20,849 bases of DNA from Candidatus Muiribacteriota bacterium (GTDB lineage: Bacteria; Muiribacteriota; Muiribacteriia; Muiribacteriales; Muiribacteriaceae), in NCBI GenBank assembly GCA_051747805.1, contig JBNJGP010000047.1, positions 1-20,849 on the forward strand, given 5' to 3'. How positions within the stretch are numbered: position 1 is the first letter of the stretch; the number at the start of each line of letters is the position of its first letter. Both the position numbers and the translations under genes were made by a program. Shown here in pieces: positions 18,001-20,849 of this stretch. The notes under the pieces were generated by a model. The model worked only from the letters and a program-made list of their open reading frames with translations, did not search any database and was not told where the DNA came from.

Positions 18001-18665
18001 TTCCTAAAAAAATGAGTTTTGATATAATGGAGTTTGTAAGAAAGGGTAAAGGGCTAAAACCTGAGTGGGAAGAGGCAATGAAAAAAAATAAAGTGCCTCA
18101 GTGGTATATTGATTCATGTAAAAAGATAAAATATATGTTTCCAAAAGCGCATGCTGTTGCCTACGTTGTAATGGCCTATAGAATTGCCTGGTTTAAAGTT
18201 AATTATCCTAGAGAGTTTTATGCAACTTATTTCAGTATAAGAACCTTTAACGGTATTACTTCAAAAGAGCTTGTTCAGGGAAAAAAATATGCTCAGGATA
18301 GAATTAATATGTTGAAAACATTAAAAGACCCGAGTCAAACTGATAAAAATCTTCTTTCATATCTTGAGGTAGCTGTTGAGGCTATGGATAAAGGAATTGA
18401 GTTTTATGAAGTTGATATATATAATTCAGATTATGAAAAGTATTTACTTCAGGGAGAAAATGGGTTAAGATGTCCCCTGATTTCACTTGAGGGACTTGGA
18501 GAAAAGGCTGCTGCCAAAATATGTTCTGAAAGAGAAAAAAGAGTTTTTAAAACACAGGCCGAGCTCACCTCCAGATGTGGCCTTAATAAAAATGTACTGG
18601 CTCTTTTAAGAGAAAAAAAATGTCTTGAAGATATGCCGGAATGTGAAAATCTTCAATTATTTTAA
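15024..18665 (+). CDS. polC: PolC-type DNA polymerase III alpha subunit lacking the inserted 3'-5' exonuclease domain
   Basis: N-terminal OB fold before PHP (RVELHLHTKMS, ITDHG, GSAC, CDSH); GYLVGSRGSVGSS; Zn finger CSNC...CPEC; KVPDIDLNFSG; TTGQHPGG; KLDMLGHDDPT; YMFPKAHA; C-terminal LQLF clamp-binding-like motif. Confidence 0.95.
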   Translation: MSEFKIELEDDHLRELAGSFYPLIKKHSIYVSEPECNVNIYFYSDKNNLDKIDKEQICNNFCKFFPESKDKVKISVKPHKDEKSNKIKDSSSMKNNILNKISNINGRTKFFKKFVKEVNVLEDEVRISIYKNYYNIIRGFSEEISRVVNLEMKKINSSLNYKVKFNYCELDIPQVDNSKPEILIQKKKPVKKEVKKDKVYAGRWRKNRNYIRCNINRAQIDDCVEISAKVIDYEDIIPIRNNKFIHSCVVVDSTQSIYVKAFLKEEKKLFKTGDFLKFKGRISYDKFLQENILILDTFEEDVPVFRKDTCENKRVELHLHTKMSMDDATSGINEVVEMAARWGHKALAITDHGVVQGFPSFYASCKKNNIKPLLGMEGYLFAAEKEKYNDKKYKNKTHHIIIIAANETGRKNLYKLVSYSHLYYFYYKPLIPLELLQKYREGLVLGSACERGEVFQALLNKKKDKEVAEIVRRYDFLEIQPLTNNFFMIKKGIVNTKEDLKKLNQEIVKLGQKYNKPVVATCDSHFIEPADAEYRKVLQAFKGFDDFMNQPGLYLRTTDEMLEEFSYLGEDKAYEVVVENSLKVADMIEEFKPIPDGFYPPTIEDAEEKLINMVYSNAEKIYGNPIPEVVKNRLEIELDSIVKYKFSTLFYLAHLLVKQSLQDGYLVGSRGSVGSSAVARFSNITEVNPLPPHYVCSNCKYSEFFTDIDIVGVDLDSRNCPECNHELKKDGFNIPFQVFMGFSGDKVPDIDLNFSGEYQSIIHKWVEEYFGSSHTYKAGTISGLKAGQGKMYLKKYVEKISGDEENASDLKKSEEKRIIKGIEGVKKTTGQHPGGVIVVPRDKEIYDFSPVNFPANKKNSGVTTTHFDYHVMDSQLVKLDMLGHDDPTIIKHLQKLTGVNINDIPLDDKETMKLFTEVNSNAIPEFGTNFVKRMLEDTNPTKFTELIRISGLSHGTDVWTNNAQDLIRENKADLENVISVRDDIMNFLINKGLPKKMSFDIMEFVRKGKGLKPEWEEAMKKNKVPQWYIDSCKKIKYMFPKAHAVAYVVMAYRIAWFKVNYPREFYATYFSIRTFNGITSKELVQGKKYAQDRINMLKTLKDPSQTDKNLLSYLEVAVEAMDKGIEFYEVDIYNSDYEKYLLQGENGLRCPLISLEGLGEKAAAKICSEREKRVFKTQAELTSRCGLNKNVLALLREKKCLEDMPECENLQLF

Positions 18666-18684
18666 AGTTTAGAGGCAAAACTTT

Positions 18685-19428
18685 TTGATTAATATAAAAA
18701 AATTAAGTTATAAAAAAATAATAAAAAATATTTCACTTCATTTTGAAACCGGAAAAATAAACTCAATAATTGGGAAAAATGGCTCTGGAAAATCAACCCT
18801 TCTGAAATGTATATCGGGAATAATCAATGACTGGGAAGGTGAAATTTTTTTAAAAAACAAAAAAATCAAATCATTTTCAACAAAGGAACTGGCCAGAGAA
18901 TTAACTTATATTCCACAGAAAACTAATATTAATTATGATATCTCAGTCAGAGATTTTCTCTTTTTTTCAAGATATGCATATGGAGACAGGGTTAATAAAG
19001 CACAAAAATATATTCAATACTCTCTTGAAACTGTTGGAATGCAGGATTTTATCAATTCTAACTGTCGCCTTCTTTCTGGCGGAGAATTTCAGAAAATAAT
19101 GCTAGCAGGCGCACTGGTGCAGGAAAGTCCTTTATGGATTCTTGATGAGCCCACAGCATTTCTTGATCCGGGAGCAGAACATGAATTTTTTATATTACTT
19201 AATAAACTTTCAAGCCTAAAAAAAACAATTATTATTGTAACTCATCATATAACACAGGTATTGAACTCAGCCCATTATATTACATCATTAAAAGATGGTG
19301 AAATATTATATGCCGGTTCTAAAAAAGAATTTACAGAAAAAGAAAAATTAAATAAAATATTTGATATTAACTTTCATATTGAAAAAAAACAGGATAATTA
19401 TATATGTTACCCCGAAAGAATAATTTAA
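18685..19428 (+). CDS. ABC transporter ATP-binding protein, FepC/BtuD (iron-siderophore/cobalamin) type
   Basis: Walker A GKNGSGKST, Q-loop YIPQ, signature LSGGE, Walker B ILDEPT, H-loop VTH; TTG start with GAGG RBS. Confidence 0.9.
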   Translation: MINIKKLSYKKIIKNISLHFETGKINSIIGKNGSGKSTLLKCISGIINDWEGEIFLKNKKIKSFSTKELARELTYIPQKTNINYDISVRDFLFFSRYAYGDRVNKAQKYIQYSLETVGMQDFINSNCRLLSGGEFQKIMLAGALVQESPLWILDEPTAFLDPGAEHEFFILLNKLSSLKKTIIIVTHHITQVLNSAHYITSLKDGEILYAGSKKEFTEKEKLNKIFDINFHIEKKQDNYICYPERII

Positions 19429-20369
19429 AATTAATAATTTTTTGTGCTGTTTCTTTGCTTATTGTTTTTTTTAGCCTTTATCCAGGCGAAAAATATGACC
19501 TTAACGATGAAAGACAGCTGCAGATTTTTTTGAATATGCGATTATCCAGAGTGTTACTTGGATTTATATCTGGAGCTATTCTTGCACTTGCCGGCCTGTG
19601 TTTTCAAACACTTTTTCAAAACCCTCTTGCCTCACCCTTTACACTCGGAACTGCATCAGGAGCTGCTCTGGGAGCCGCCTCTATGATGAAAGCCGGTGTT
19701 ACGGGAGTATTGTTTGGAATAAGTTTCTTAATGCTTGGAGCTTTTGGCGGTGCGCTTCTTTCCGTTTTTTTTATATTTACAATTATAAGATTGAAAAAGG
19801 CAGATAGAAGTTATGTAATGCTTCTTGCCGGGGTTGCCTTCAACTTCCTGGCCTCAAGTATTGTGCTTTTTTTACAGTATGTAGGTGATTTATCTATTTC
19901 TTTCAGATTGGCACGGTGGACAATGGGTTCACTTGACACTGTCAGTTTTGACCCAGTTTTAAGGCTTTTTATTTTCTTTATACTAATAATTTCTGGTATT
20001 TTATATTATTACAGAGAGCTTGATATAATGCTCTTTGGGGAAGAAATTGCAAAAAGCAGAGGGGTGGATACTTTAAAGGTTGAAAGAAATCTGTTAATAC
20101 TTGTAAGCATAGCAGTTGGAAGTGTTACAGCCTTATGCGGACCCATATCTTTTGTAGGACTTATGGTTCCTCATATTGTTAAAAAGTTTTTCAGGATTAA
20201 TCATTTAAAACTTGCTCTTGGCTGTGTTTTTGGGGGCGGAGCCTTTCTTTCTTTTTGTGACGCTTTGTCAAGAGGAATATTTCCCGGCAGTCAGCTTCCC
20301 GTAGGTATAGTAACCGCTTTTTTAGGCGCACCTTTCTTTCTTTATATACTTTTTTCAGATTATACTTGA
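19404..20369 (+). CDS. ABC transporter permease, FecCD/BtuC family
   Basis: RLSRV, QTLFQNPLASPFTLGTASGA, WTMGSL, GEEIAKSRGV, GPISFVGLMVPH, LPVGIVTAFLGAPFF. Confidence 0.92.
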   Translation: MLPRKNNLKLIIFCAVSLLIVFFSLYPGEKYDLNDERQLQIFLNMRLSRVLLGFISGAILALAGLCFQTLFQNPLASPFTLGTASGAALGAASMMKAGVTGVLFGISFLMLGAFGGALLSVFFIFTIIRLKKADRSYVMLLAGVAFNFLASSIVLFLQYVGDLSISFRLARWTMGSLDTVSFDPVLRLFIFFILIISGILYYYRELDIMLFGEEIAKSRGVDTLKVERNLLILVSIAVGSVTALCGPISFVGLMVPHIVKKFFRINHLKLALGCVFGGGAFLSFCDALSRGIFPGSQLPVGIVTAFLGAPFFLYILFSDYT

Positions 20370-20394
20370 TTTTTTTTAGAATTTTCATTATACT
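20366..20394 (+). promoter_or_regulatory. Sigma70-type promoter for the TlpA-like gene
   Basis: TTGATT (20366-20371), 17-bp spacer, TATACT (20389-20394). Confidence 0.55.
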
Positions 20395-20464
20395 ACTTAA
20401 GAGATAGAGTTTAATTTGAAAAAATCCTGAAGTCTCAACATAAATAAGAAAGAGAGGTAAAATT

Positions 20465-20849
20465 ATGAAAAAAACAATCACAATAATATTTTTAATGTTT
20501 TTAATATTAATATCAACCATAAAAGCAGAGCAACTAACAATAGATGAATATGATTTTACTTTACCATTTTATGATAGAGAAGAGGATTTCAGCCTGAGCA
20601 AACAGTTGCAGACAAAACATGTGGCCCTTGTCTTTTATGCAAGCTGGTGTGGGTCGTGTCAGAGAAGAATGCCCACTTACTCAGAAATTCAACAGCATCT
20701 AGAAAACACTATTATTATTGCCGTAAATGCAGATGAAGATTTTCATGCTATTGAAACTTTTTTCAAGGGAAATAATATTAAACTTGAAAGTGTAATTGAT
20801 AAAGATTATAATGTTATTAAACAATATGGAATAAGTAGAGTTCCGCACA
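20465..20849 (+). CDS. Exported TlpA/ResA-family thiol-disulfide oxidoreductase (runs off the window; absent from ORF track)
   Basis: ATG 20465 after AGAGAGG; MKKTITIIFLMFLILISTIKA signal peptide; DFTL, FYASWCGSC..RMP, IIAVNAD, YGISRVP (cis-Pro position). Confidence 0.88.
   Translation, partial: MKKTITIIFLMFLILISTIKAEQLTIDEYDFTLPFYDREEDFSLSKQLQTKHVALVFYASWCGSCQRRMPTYSEIQQHLENTIIIAVNADEDFHAIETFFKGNNIKLESVIDKDYNVIKQYGISRVPH

Noticed and set aside
2500..19807. Remaining 63-77 aa nested ORFs in the track (within the kinase, glnS, dnaG, the orphan, polC and the permease)
   Set aside because: All lie inside well-supported genes and show typical AT-rich shadow composition.
20197..20520. 107-aa minus-strand ORF
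   Set aside because: Overlaps both the permease end and the TlpA-like start on the opposite strand; low-complexity translation.

Overview
AT-rich bacterial chromosomal segment made mostly of housekeeping genes. In order: a secreted PLD-family (2x HKD) protein, a hybrid sensor kinase (PAS-HisKA-HATPase-REC-Hpt), glnS, a secreted papain-like protein, rpsU, an unannotated 39-aa membrane ORF, a membrane pyrophosphatase (hppA), dnaG, rpoD, an orphan, a free-standing intein-like (Hint) gene, a STAS anti-anti-sigma factor, a PolC-type DNA polymerase III without the usual exonuclease insert, an iron/cobalamin-type ABC ATPase and permease, and a truncated TlpA-like thioredoxin. The standout is 13256-14680. 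It contains a separately promoted, extein-less intein-like ORF whose splicing residues (and apparent GIY-YIG-like catalytic Glu) are all substituted. Just after its stop lies a ~300-nt non-coding element: four AGTAAA linkers each followed by a different hairpin, a central hairpin, then four different hairpins each followed by TTTACT, all inside imperfect terminal inverted repeats. The element can fold into a ladder of stacked four-way junctions and I do not recognise it as any known RNA or repeat family. All calls come from reading motifs by eye; no searches were run.
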